Shown: positions 1-52,017 of the stretch, in pieces
Layout of the letters: every line of letters starts with the position of its first letter
Position numbering within the stretch: the stretch's first letter is position 1
NCBI GenBank assembly: GCA_051362555.1
Contig: CM120647.1
Span: 2,170,001 to 2,234,000 of the forward strand
Reading direction: 5' to 3'
Source of the DNA: Lingula anatina
Taxonomy: Eukaryota > Animalia > Brachiopoda
Length of the DNA: 64,000 nucleotides
Position numbers and translations under genes: made by a program
Notes under the pieces: generated by a model
Seen by the model: only the letters and a program-made list of their open reading frames with translations
The model's database searches: none
Told to the model about the DNA's origin: nothing

Positions 1-2096
1 GATCATAATTTTGATTTTTGATCATACATTATGCACCTAAAATCGGTTGTTAGGGCGACTACGTCCTAGCTGTAACTGCCATTTTCTTTGAACCCGAAGA
101 CAAGGAAATGTCCAATAGGGGTTGGTTAAAATACTACCTAAACCGACTAAGTTACGTAAAAAATCTACAGTAGAATTTTCATGCTCTGTATCACTTTGGA
201 GTCGGTGTGACAGGCATGGTAGTCCTAGGAATGGAAGTCCAGGGTTCCAATATGATTATTTCAGATTAGGGTTAGTCGGAGTATTGGGATAAATATATGG
301 AACGAATAACTGTACAGAGAAATGGGGAACGGACTACGGTTCCTAGCAGACTACCATTTCTGTCACACTAGAACAATTCTGAGAGTTACAGTGTACTTAA
401 AATTTGCTTCATGCGCACAAGCCTCGAAAACCAAGTATCAGTGTATCGTGGAGATTGAATCTAGTCCTCTCGAAGTCACCCGACAGCCCAGGCTGCTAAA
501 GTGGACTATGAGACAATTGTCTTATGTCGTTTAACGAACGATTGATCCAAAACTAATGTAGTTGACACAGGTGCTGAGGTATTGAATGTCCTGGTTAAAG
601 TGTGCATTGGCCGGTACTGCAAATATTCCTAAAATGTCAAAGCATCTGCAAGAGGGGGCGGCGGTTTTGCATGACATTGTTATATTTACTTTGACCAAAA
701 CAAACGTGTAACTGTAAGAATAAAATGTTTTCTTCCTCGCTTTTTCAACTACCTTTAAATAAATTTCATTTTAAAAATGAAGAATGGATTGCCTGTCAAT
801 TTGCACTAAAATGATAATAACGGCGAAGCCTACGGAGGTAAGGTATAATCCGTGCGTGTTCATGTAGCAGGTTCCGGTTGCGTCCCATCCCTCTCATGTC
901 AGCTGAGGTTTGAGTGGCAGTGGTTGGGGCTACGTCTCACGTCCAGCAGTGCCCCTTTACCAAACTGACAGGTAGCAGCCTACAGTTACCTGGGGTATAT
1001 TGGGTTGTTGGTTCGTTAATTCAAAGATAATAATAATAATAATAATAATAATTAATATTAATATGGATGCAATATAAGTCATCACTTTGAAACATTTGCA
1101 GGTATACTAAAATAATTATTTTTAAGCAGTTAAATAAAATGCTGGAGCTCATCACTTTGTTCCAATTACAAGCGCTCCAGTCGGTGAAGGGGCGTCCCGT
1201 TCATTTATTGAATTATCCAGCACGTATACTTATATCAGTTTTAGAATGTAACATTACAGACCGAGACCCCAGCTAACCGAAGACAAATTGCACATACATA
1301 ATTTTTCTTTGTCTATTGAATATCTCTGCCAAACACACATAGGATTTTTAAATCTCAGACGCGGTGTCTATCTCATACACGTACACAGAGAGTGCAGCGT
1401 CAGCTGTTACACTAACCAGCAAGGTGAAAGTGATATCCACCGGAACCTCAGTTTTGACATTCGAGCTGCTGAAATGCTCTTTTGGCTCAATTCCGCTAGA
1501 TTTCAATTGCTTTTTATTGACGTAAGCGTCAAAAATTCCAATTCTCCATTTATAACATCCCTACAACATTACCCCCCCCCCCCCCCCCCCCCCCCTCAGC
1601 GTTACTTTCCGGCAGAGATCCTTACCCAGCAAAATCATAATATTACCCGCATCGACACGCTCTCTTTGGAACTTCAGCGCAACGAAGTTGGGTCATGATT
1701 CGCGTATTGATGTCCCTAACATTACAGTTATTTTTTTTTATAAAAGCTGTCTCACATATCTTAAAGATATGAGTACGTCTAATACAGTGCAAGTTTTTGA
1801 CCAGAGGAGGTTTTCTATAGTTCTTATATCGACCAATGTTTTAGTTGAGATATATGCAAACCGATATCAAAATTCATGTAAAGTTGCCGCTATTTCTCCT
1901 TGCATGTTACTGGATCTTCACCCCCCACCCCTCCCCCAACCCCCACCTCCCCGCCTCAAACTGCACGTTGATTCCTGCGCTCCAGGAGACGAGGAGGTAC
2001 GTGTACGTGAAGTGGACTATTTTATTCACAGTGGTCTCAGCAGCAATGCAGTTAAGGAGTGCCAAAGGTACTGCTGGTCTTCCCTCTACAAGGCTG

Positions 2097-2274
2097 CAGG
2101 CCCGTAGCCGGGGGGGGGGGGGGGGGGAGGTCGAGGGGTTCGAAAGAACCGCCCTTTTGTCAGGAAAAGGTCCATTTTGGGTAAAATTATATCTAGGTAC
2201 ACATAAGCTCATTGAAAAAGGTCCACTTTTTCAGGAAAAGAACCCCCCTTTTGAATTTGCTGGCTACGGGCCTG
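2097..2274. mobile_element. CAGG-ended MITE (hAT-like), copy 1
   Basis: TIR CAGGCCCGTAGCC/GGCTACGGGCCTG; related inverted copy at 24013-24180; TSD degenerate. Confidence 0.8.
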
Positions 2275-3057
2275 CAGGGTGGCAGATTATATAGAGAAAA
2301 ACCGAAAAATCCAGACCAAAATGACTGGCTATTTATCTAGAGACATATCTGTGACTATCTGTGAAAAATCAATCTGTCGTCCTGTAAAGGGCACTGCGGG
2401 TCAGCTGTACTTTGAAGTGAGTTAAACACCAGGACACGATCATGACCCGTTCCTAATAGCTGTATTCCTGCCAAACAAGTTCCAACATTAACGACCATCA
2501 AACGCTTAGTCTGTATCACTGCACACTGAAGAGGGCGACATATTACGATGCTTTGCTGAACGTCGTAAAATTCACTAGATATCGTCAACCTACTTGTAGT
2601 ATATGATGACTCTGCTGTCAGTAACTGACAAGCAGTGTGTTCTTCACAACCGACAATTAATAATTCAGAAAAAGATTACACTACCGTAAAGACATATTCA
2701 TATTTATGCAGTCTATGATAAATCGGTACAAGTCCTTTCATAACATTTTACATAAGCAAAGATAATGTTCTTATGTTCGTAAATTTGATGTAGACTGATA
2801 CTGACAGATGGCGTCATCATCATTACTAAATAATGAGCAATGAAATTATCACCCATTTTTACCAGCAAAAAGAAAGGGAAATATTCCATCAATCCGCCGC
2901 TAATATTTAGTGTTGGATGATATTTGCATTTAGGTATTTATTTAATAAAAACAATCGCAGACTTTAGAGGATGGAGATTGGCATAATTTTCAATTTCTTC
3001 GATTTCTTTGAAATTAGAATTTTGACCAGCTGAATCATAGTTCTAAACTGTATCATA

Positions 3058-3420
3058 TAATATAATAATAATAATAAGATTCTTATATGGCGCCTTACAT
3101 TCTATCTCAAGACGCCTTACAATAATGGCTAATAAACTAAAATCATTAAAATGACTACAATATTTTAATCATAAACTCTCATTGGAAACCATTTAAAATG
3201 TACACTACTAAAAATCAATCTTATTTAAAAAAACATATATATATTAAAATAAAATCTAAGAGATATAGACAGAATTAAAAAAGTGGGTCTTTAAAAGAGA
3301 TTTAAAATTGTCAAAGTCTTCTGTTTTCCTAATAAAATGTGGTAGACCATTCCACACTTTTGGGGCGTAGATTATAAAAGCACGATCTCCATAACTTTTT
3401 AGGCACCCCTTCTCTAAAAC
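3058..3420 (-). mobile_element. 3' fragment of an L2/CR1-group LINE
   Basis: ORF2 C-terminal motif GDRAF...APKVWNGLP..IR......FK..LKT.FF, then a 3' UTR and (ATT)n tail. Confidence 0.8.
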
Positions 3421-6400
3421 AGAATGTTCCATATGGTACCGTTCGCCCTCTAAAATACCAGGGGAGGGGGGGAGGGAGACGGCTACGCATCCGCGAACCC
3501 TCCCCCCTTCAAATAGTCCTGGATATACCCCTGGTCTACAATTTCGAATATAGTACATAGCTGTTGTGTTGTATGTTAACAAATATCTGTCATATTTTTA
3601 CCACCCAATATTTTGTGATCTGCTTATTTTGGAAAACGAGTATTCTTACTTTATCACGCATATACGGTACAATAAAATAAAATCAAATTAAATAAAATAA
3701 ATCAAAATAGAGTAAAATAAAAACAAAATAAATTAATTAAAACAAAATAAAACACCTGGGTAAATTATCCCAATGTAATCTTTTATTTGAATTCTGTATT
3801 AAATTTAATTCTTGTGTTTCATTTCCCTAACAGCCGTGATACTCGGCCTACGTGTGGGGTACGACTGAGATGACAGCTCCACCTACAGTACCTTGTGTGT
3901 GTATGTCACCTTGTACCTAGCAATATCCATAGCTTTCATTTCCAGGCCATTTTTATGTGCATCTGTATCGGAATGCAATGTATGTAGTATACACACAGTA
4001 AAACCGTTATCCTGCCCGCGGCAAGCACTCATATACACCGTTGTCTTTGACCTCAGCACTGGCCCCGCTTTTATTACATGTGGATCAATATGTCGCAGGC
4101 GTGCTCGGGTTGGCAGTGAAATGAAGATCTTTCATATCAAGTCTACTTTCGGGACTGGGTTTTGTTGGTGCCAGAGAGAAATGTGTCGAGTGATTGAAAC
4201 AAACTTTGTCCCCCTGTTTTTGCTGTTCATGACAGAATTTCAAAGTACTCAGTGGAAATATTTCCTGGTTATAAAATTTTCTTATATCTTGTTCGGGTAA
4301 AAAATACACACTTAGAGAACAGTTCAGACTGCCAGACTTGCTACGTGGCATATAGGTAATGAATGAGCCTTTAATCCTACTACATTTCATTTACCAGTGC
4401 GCCTAAAAACTATTCAGTCTAGTTAACGTTTTATTTAGATTCCTGTATCAGTGACAAAGGCAGGAGGGCCCATGGACCTCAGCCGACCGCCTGCCCAGAA
4501 GGGACTAGAAAACTTCCGGTGGCATGTTTCGTGTGCACAGTACTGTCTCATTGCCCAGTTTGTATCCTTTCCTTTACAATTATTGGCAGGAAGGGACACA
4601 TAGAAATACGGGTTTCCCTTTTTTTTACTATCCATGAACCAACTGCCTTTGGCCTGTCCTATTCCTCAGGAGACAATACACTGTGCAGACCACCAAGTGG
4701 CTCCACCTACAGGTAAGCACATACTCAATGACAATAGGAACACTATACGATAAAATAAAAGCCGATCGGTCTATCATCTGGCAATAAACAAGTACAGTTG
4801 GGAATTGTACTTGAGAGGAAGATACCACCTGATTTATTATCTACCGAGGGCATCAACAACGGGATCAAATATGTGATTAAATAATTAAAGATAAGTCATG
4901 TGTTCTATTCTTCTCTGATTAGACACGGCGAAAATACACAGAGAATGATAATGTCCTCTTCCAGAAATGTGCAGCTATGTCACTGAGTGTTTGGCGCATA
5001 CAGACTACGTGTAGACTCGGGTATGATAATAATAGACAACAATTACATGCATATCGATTGTCAACGTTTTATTCTACACCCTTTAGAAGAGAGTCGACAT
5101 CTATATTTAAAAAAAAACCTGACTAGAAAGCCTTTTATTTGAACAATTTACTGTGCTCCTCACCTCTTAATTCTAGTACCTAAGCGTACCTCTAACCAAA
5201 AGCAAATATGTGTACCCAGCGTTTTCAACAGTCACCCGAAAGCGTGTCCTAGAATGGCGATTTGGTTTCTTTCTTTCTATGACAATTTATATAATCCTAT
5301 ACATATTCAACTGGGATGATTTTAACAAACCATGCTCAGAACGAAACAACGCTTCTCTTGACTAGTATGCGTCTCCACATTTCCCTGCAATAACTATTAA
5401 TGTCAAATTTACATACCGAGGCAGCAGTAATACCACTACACAGCAAACTATCAATATTACCATAACAATCGTATGAATTTCAATGAAAACAGTTGGATTG
5501 CACATGTATATGGTAATAAACCTTCCCAAGGTAACAGGGCCAAGGGAAAGGTTTTGCCTCCAACGGTAACTGACTCATTCTATGGCGCTTCTTCCTCCCT
5601 TATCTAATCGCCTTTAGGTACAAGTCTAAAAGCCAGTTCATTTTCCATAAATAATAATAATGATAATAATAATAATAATGTTAATAATAATAATAATGAT
5701 ATTTTCGGTCATACTTGAAACTGCTCACATATTGCGAAAAGTGTTGTGTGTCTAAGCTACAGGAGGCAGCTGACACATAGAAAAAAGACCCAGAAGAACA
5801 TCTAAGAGCTGGAGAGGTTCAAATAATAATAATAATAATAATAATAATGATAATAATAATAAGTTTATTCAATGAAAATCCAATTGAGCCTATGCTATAA
5901 GCAAAATGATATCAGCTCTGTTAAAACAGAACACAATAAACGATTAAAGTATTTAACAAGTATTTCTAAAAAAAAATATGTTTGCGAAATCCTACAGATA
6001 ATTCTAAAATACTGCAGACTTTTTCAAAAAAGTATGACTTTTCAACGCGGTTTAAAATATTTTACGTCTTTTGCCTCATTGCAATCCAAAGCTTTGGAGC
6101 ATATAATTCGTATGTCCGTGGCGGCTTTTCCTGATGAGACTTAAAAAGACCGACTTTCTCATCAACTCACTCATTTTCTAATACTTTCAATTGTTTAGCC
6201 GCTGATGCTAAGAGTGCGGCCAACAGAATTTACGACCACTCTTCGGTCGGGAATCAAGCACTGTGTGAACTGGCGCCACAATTTAACGACACCAAACTTC
6301 ACGTAGAGCGTACTGCAGCTCATCACGTATGCAACCAGCAGCGGGTCGTAAACCGTTAACCAACCGCACTCGCACCCTCTCAGGCCTACGTGTCTCATCG

Positions 6401-6956
6401 AAATGAGATCAATTTTACAGTTATGCGTGGCCCGACTCGCCCTACCTCGGCGATAAAGAGCAGGAATCCGACCCCAGACAGCCTCTTCCGCACTTGAGCT
6501 GGAGACGTTCTACACGTAGCCTGAAATAGCGGAAAGTCGGCTAGGCGAATATTTAGACAGCTTTCCTTGTTCGTGGTTTGAAGCCTCTCCAGTTAGGCTC
6601 AACTAAGTAGACTAGATAGCACCTAAAAAGGTCCATTTTGTGTTTGCATTGGTGATGTAAAGGCAGTAACCAACTTTACCCTTTTAACATCAGTCAAGTT
6701 TGAGACAATCAAAAGAGAAAATCGGGTGGACTCAGATATCAGCCGTTCATTTCAGTTCTAGGTGGTGTGAGGAACGGTGCGGAACCAGTGGCACGCTCCC
6801 AGATCTAGGCGGAGGGAGCATTTCAATCTGACTCAGCGCTTAGTTGGCACCGTCTTCTTAAAGTTAGGAATCAGATAATACTCTTTATTGGGAGGACTAA
6901 AATCACCAGAGACCAGAGAGAAAGTAGACATATCGAAAAGAGAACACGTCTTCACC

Positions 6957-46937
<39,981 letters not shown>

Positions 46938-49900
46938 TGCAAGAAAAACAAGCCAAGTGAGCAGACTAAATATTAGATAGAAACAAGGTGACATTTTATC
47001 ATACCCACAGTCCTATTGTTGTGCTAGCCAGTGTTGTAGCAGCAGATAGTGAGGTGTCTGGAGGCTAACATTGAAGATAGGGTTGACGTGGAAGGTACCT
47101 CAGTGCAACCCAGGTATTAATATCCAGGTAGTAATATCCAGGAAGCAGGGGCAGACACGGGGGGGAGGGGAGTCACTCTGTCTTTACTGTTAGCACACTA
47201 TGACAAGCCTGCACTGGATGCTTGCTTGTGGTCTCTCGCAGTATCTGTAGAAGTGTAAAGATTTTCTTGAGGTTTAATATGGTATCAGTTCATAAATTGC
47301 TATCACTTTGCGTAATTGAATCTCAAAAGATTGGGTATCACCTATGAAAACTTGCTGGCACGGCACTTTCTCTGTATTCAGAACTTCTGTGTCATCTCTT
47401 GATCGTGATGTGGCTAAATTAGCTTTAGAAAAACAAGTCATCAGTTTGGTGTCTCCTCATACAACAGAACGACAGGAATGTAGAATTAGAGGAATGGAAG
47501 TTACTTGATATTTATTCTCATAGAAATAGAAGCTTGCATACTGGTAGCATGATAAGGGTAGACAAGTTTTTGCTGAACATTTGATGATTGTTCATTGACC
47601 TTCATAAAAGTTTGTAAAAGCATAATTAATGATACCTTAATTTTGAGATACAAGCTGAATACGTAAGCATTTAGATATAAGTTCATCATCTATGTATTGT
47701 AATTACTCACTTCACTGAAACAAACGATTGATAATTAACTATTCAGAAATAATATCTTGTTAGAAATATATGTTAAGGTGATTTTCCTTTAAGTTATATA
47801 AGTAATGTTAAGAAATCTTTGGTGAATGAAATGTTGGATAGTTGAGGTGTTTAAAAAAATGTATGGAATAACTAATCCTACTGGATGTGTGAGATCACAT
47901 GGCCTGGGTTCTATAAACCTTGAGGAAAAAACTTGAAAGAAACAGGTTTTTAGGGCAAATGAAGATAATTATGGAGGTCTTTGGATTAACTGCCTAAAGA
48001 AAATCTTTGGAGGCTCATTTTATTTATATTTTAAAAGGAAGTTTCTCATCTTAGGTGGGACATATATTCCAAGTTTTTTTCTCAATTTTACAATGCAAAC
48101 ATATAACCATGATCACAGAAATCCATAACGGTAATTATAAGGTAATTAATGTTCTATACTTGGTATAGTAAGTATTACTTGACTGGTAGTAGAACTTATA
48201 CTGGCATGTATGAAAATCCATTAGTAGATTATTTGCTTAATAAACTGCCTGCTTGCTTCAAATCGTTTGATGTTATTTTTCATGTGACAGCTCTTTTATT
48301 GTGTGTCAGTTGTGACGATTCAGAGAATTCGTACGGGACATGAGTGCCAAGAGATACACAACCAAAGACACTCGTTCAAAGAGAGGTTATCAAGTGCCGT
48401 GTGGGCTTACAATTCCTTACCCGTGCAAAAGATCGCATTTATATTACTATATCTTAGAGACAGTTGACAGTGAATAACAATTTTATTCTGCTAATGTTTA
48501 TTCACATGTGCGAAATATATATCAGAAATTTGAATACTGACGGAGCTCTTAAAAAGTGATATTAAAATAACAATAATAATAATAAAATCCTGCAGTTTGA
48601 GACGTGAAAATGAAACGATCTATAAGATAATGATAACTAATAGTAAATATTAGAGTTAAAACGAGAAAAGTGTGAAGCCAATGCTCGGGTAAAAGGCTTC
48701 TGTTTGTCAAATTGTAACCATGACGACAGGCTCTGGCTCTCGAATTCCTTATAAGTCCTCTCTGCTTAAGGCCTTGTCACACTTAGTGTGTAACATCGAT
48801 GCATGAGGAAATTTACACATACGCAGACAAACGCAAGGGTTCGTTACGTATGTCGTCTGTACATCTCGAGTACGCAGACAAATGTCGGTGTACGCTGGCA
48901 TGAGTGGACGGAGATTGAGCATGTTCGAAAGCAATTCATACGCTGCGTATACATGTACGCTCTTCTCGTATGCTGACAGACGGATGATTTGGTGATTTCA
49001 TTCGTTCTAAGTTGTGTGTATAATATTTTACATAAGATGCTCATACGGACATTAATACGCCAGGTGTGACAGTTTGACTATATAGCAGCAGTGTTTTATT
49101 GTTTCACATGCTCCCAATAAAGAAGAGATAAGGAATGTCTCGTATACCTCTAATCTCTGTGTGTATGGATATTAACGTGGAGATGGGGTGAGTGATTAAA
49201 CGTTTCCGCATTTAACAGGTGGATAATGTGACATACCGGTATGCCTACACTGATCTTTACATTACTTTTTTATGCACAAGACACACAAACTGACTAAAAA
49301 TAAGCCAAATGCCAACATTGTGTTTTGTTTTATATTTTACTTGATATAATGCCTATTTTGAAGAAAGCAGAAGAAAAACTCTCAAGATTGAAATGATTTC
49401 AAGAAATAGTTTTAACAAAATACCGATAGGATCACTTCTCAATTCTCTCAAAAACTCGATGTCTTTATCATGAGTTTTCATCCTGGCTCTGTCCGCGGCA
49501 CCGCCATTACGTATTTCCCGCAGTCATCCGAATACTTAGTGCGACATATAAGTACAGTTGTGACGACGTTACTGACTTTGTCTTGGTGGCGCGAGGTAAT
49601 AACTAAACAATTCCATGTTTTCCCATATTCTTTATTATCGCTTTCTAACTACGCTATCTACAATTTATTCCTCTACGTTCAACTTCTTACATCGTTCTCC
49701 CCGTCTACATTACATTCTTCGCTTAAGTACAATAAGGTCGTGTCAATCAACTAAAGTGACACTACAAAACACTCCCCGCTCTTATTCGCTGCACGCTGTC
49801 ACTAACTAACGTTACATTATCTCCCGGGGACGATATGCCTGTCCCCAGGCATATTTAAAATTAAAATATACATTAATTAAAAATAAACTTTCTTAAACAC

Positions 49901-51262
49901 TGCATTTGTCTTTTATCATAAATTCATGCAAAACAAAACTAAGTACATAGATTTTGCATTATAAACCTACGATAAGATAGAAATACAATCGACATGAAAC
50001 CCCAAATATAACTTAAAGGAAGATAGATTGATAAATTTTTATGAAAATACAAATGTTCGTGGATATATTTCGTATTGGCATTTACACCTTCCAATGTGCG
50101 GCCCAAGAGCACAGATATTTTTATTTGTTTTCTCCGCGCGGATGTTTAAATCTGTTACTCTCTTATTATGGCTCTGACACATTTTCATATACGGTTTCTC
50201 TCTGTCGTTTGTCATTTTAGATATTGATGGAGTGTACTACGTGAGACAATAGGGTTGGCCATCCCCAGTCGAAATAAACAGCATTCACCACACAACGTTG
50301 CGACCAGCGCATCGTCGATGACGAAGTACCTGTTCATCTTCATATTTATCCACACGGTAGCGCTCTCTTTTGATGACTATAAGAGAAACAATCGTTTTAT
50401 ATCAAACCCAATCCACGATTGAACAAAAACGTACCGAAAAATAATAAAGTAAGAATCTTCCTTAATGCATATCATCAGTTTCACGTCATCATCTTTATAA
50501 AAGTTAAGTACACTGTTCCTATACCAATAACTGTATATTTAAATATCAATAACTAATAACTATAAGACCGACAGGCTGAATAAAGATATACTTCTCATAA
50601 GTCACGTATTTAATATTCAATACACAATATTTAACATTTTCTTATAACCACATGCAATAACATTTGACGCGAAGTTAACCAATAAAATCTTAAGTTCATT
50701 TCCCACAAATGAATAGTTCCATTTGGTATGGTCCGTTACATCCTCCATTTTGAATTTTAGCACGAAAGTTCAGTTAGCATATAATGTCAAATCCGTCCTT
50801 CTAGACAGTGCATAGCGATTGTCATCTGCCACTCATTGTATATGGATAAACGTCTTATTCGCGCACGTTGGCATACGTGTAGATAAATGTTCACAGTTTC
50901 CTTTATATCCACGAACGTCTATGTCCAGCGTTTACGAATATATCCAAAATGAATGAAGCAGAAATGCATGTCAAGAAAAACTTAACTACGTATAACAATC
51001 ATCATCAAACTTGAATACAGTCACATTTAACAGGCAAGATTTTAACTTGCCATAGTATTATCCATCCAAAATATTATGATAACAATAAAACATATATGGA
51101 ACCATGCTAATAATACGATAATTTTTCCAACAATAATACTTATGCTAATAATAAAAATAATAATAACGCAATCTGGCGTCCCAGATGCTAATATTTATCT
51201 GGCGTCCCAGATTTTAGTATTTATATCGCTTATACTCTTCAGTCTCCCCTCCTTGCCAGGGG

Positions 51263-51795
51263 CGCAACCTAGGCTGAGTACCTTTCCCACTAGCTCACTT
51301 ACTAGCTCATTCGTTTTCAGTTTGCTAGGGCCTGACTGTACATTGAGCTGAGCGCGGCTGCTATTCTTAAGCCTTACTGCCTTTTGCGACCCAACCGGCC
51401 GGTGACCCAGTCGATAGCGATCACTCGATCCCGTAGAGCTTACCAGGCTCCCAGGGAGTAACCGACGGTCTGATCCCGGTCCCACTGCCATGGGTTATCG
51501 GAACTTTGACCGTTTTCACCAGCCTTGCCTGTTCACCACCGTGTTGGAACCGCATCAACTACGCATGGCTAGGTGAGGACTGTCGTCCCCGTACCACTCA
51601 GTGAACTCGTTAACACTGAGCCGACTAGACGGTACCACAGTATCCTGTTAATTCAGGATTCGAGACACAGTGGGCCTTCAGTCTTCTCCCACAGCACTAT
51701 AGCACGTCTTTAATGTGCCCCCAGAGCCTTGCGACTCCACTGCCGCCTGTTGACGTCAGGGCTTCGGGGAGCCTATCCCCCTCGCCTAACGTCAA
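51263..51795 (-). ncRNA. Putative group I intron-like (GIR1-like) ribozyme in the Gypsy 3' UTR
   Basis: Helices P3, P4, P5, P6, P7, P8 and P9/P9.0 are all found in canonical order, with AAA junctions and a G-binding pair (see first finding). The 5' boundary is uncertain. Confidence 0.75.
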
Positions 51796-52017
51796 TGGCA
51801 TTGAAATTTAAGAGCATCTTTTAATATTTTCCATAAAAAGTTTAATGACATCACTTTAAGATAGTCTCTTTATAAATATCTCAATTCTATCCAATTAGAA
51901 TTCAACTTCGTCACGTTTGCCACTCCCATCTTGCTGTCCGTCATACAACGTATTAATGTTAATTGCGTCTGTTCAACAAATTTTAAACGGGCGTGTTCTA
52001 TTTCATTGATACACCCC

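Noticed and set aside
3833-4712. Exon-like segments with acceptor/donor signals (e.g. CAG|GTAAGC at 4712)
   Set aside because: No recognisable protein in any frame; could be non-coding exons but unsupported without RNA data.
6130-6160. CTGATGAG hammerhead-like start
   Set aside because: No GAAA partner or convincing stems.
51195-51491. 98-aa minus-strand ORF in the Gypsy 3' region as a possible env or accessory gene
   Set aside because: No signal peptide, transmembrane segment or motif; better explained by the GC-rich structured RNA it overlaps.
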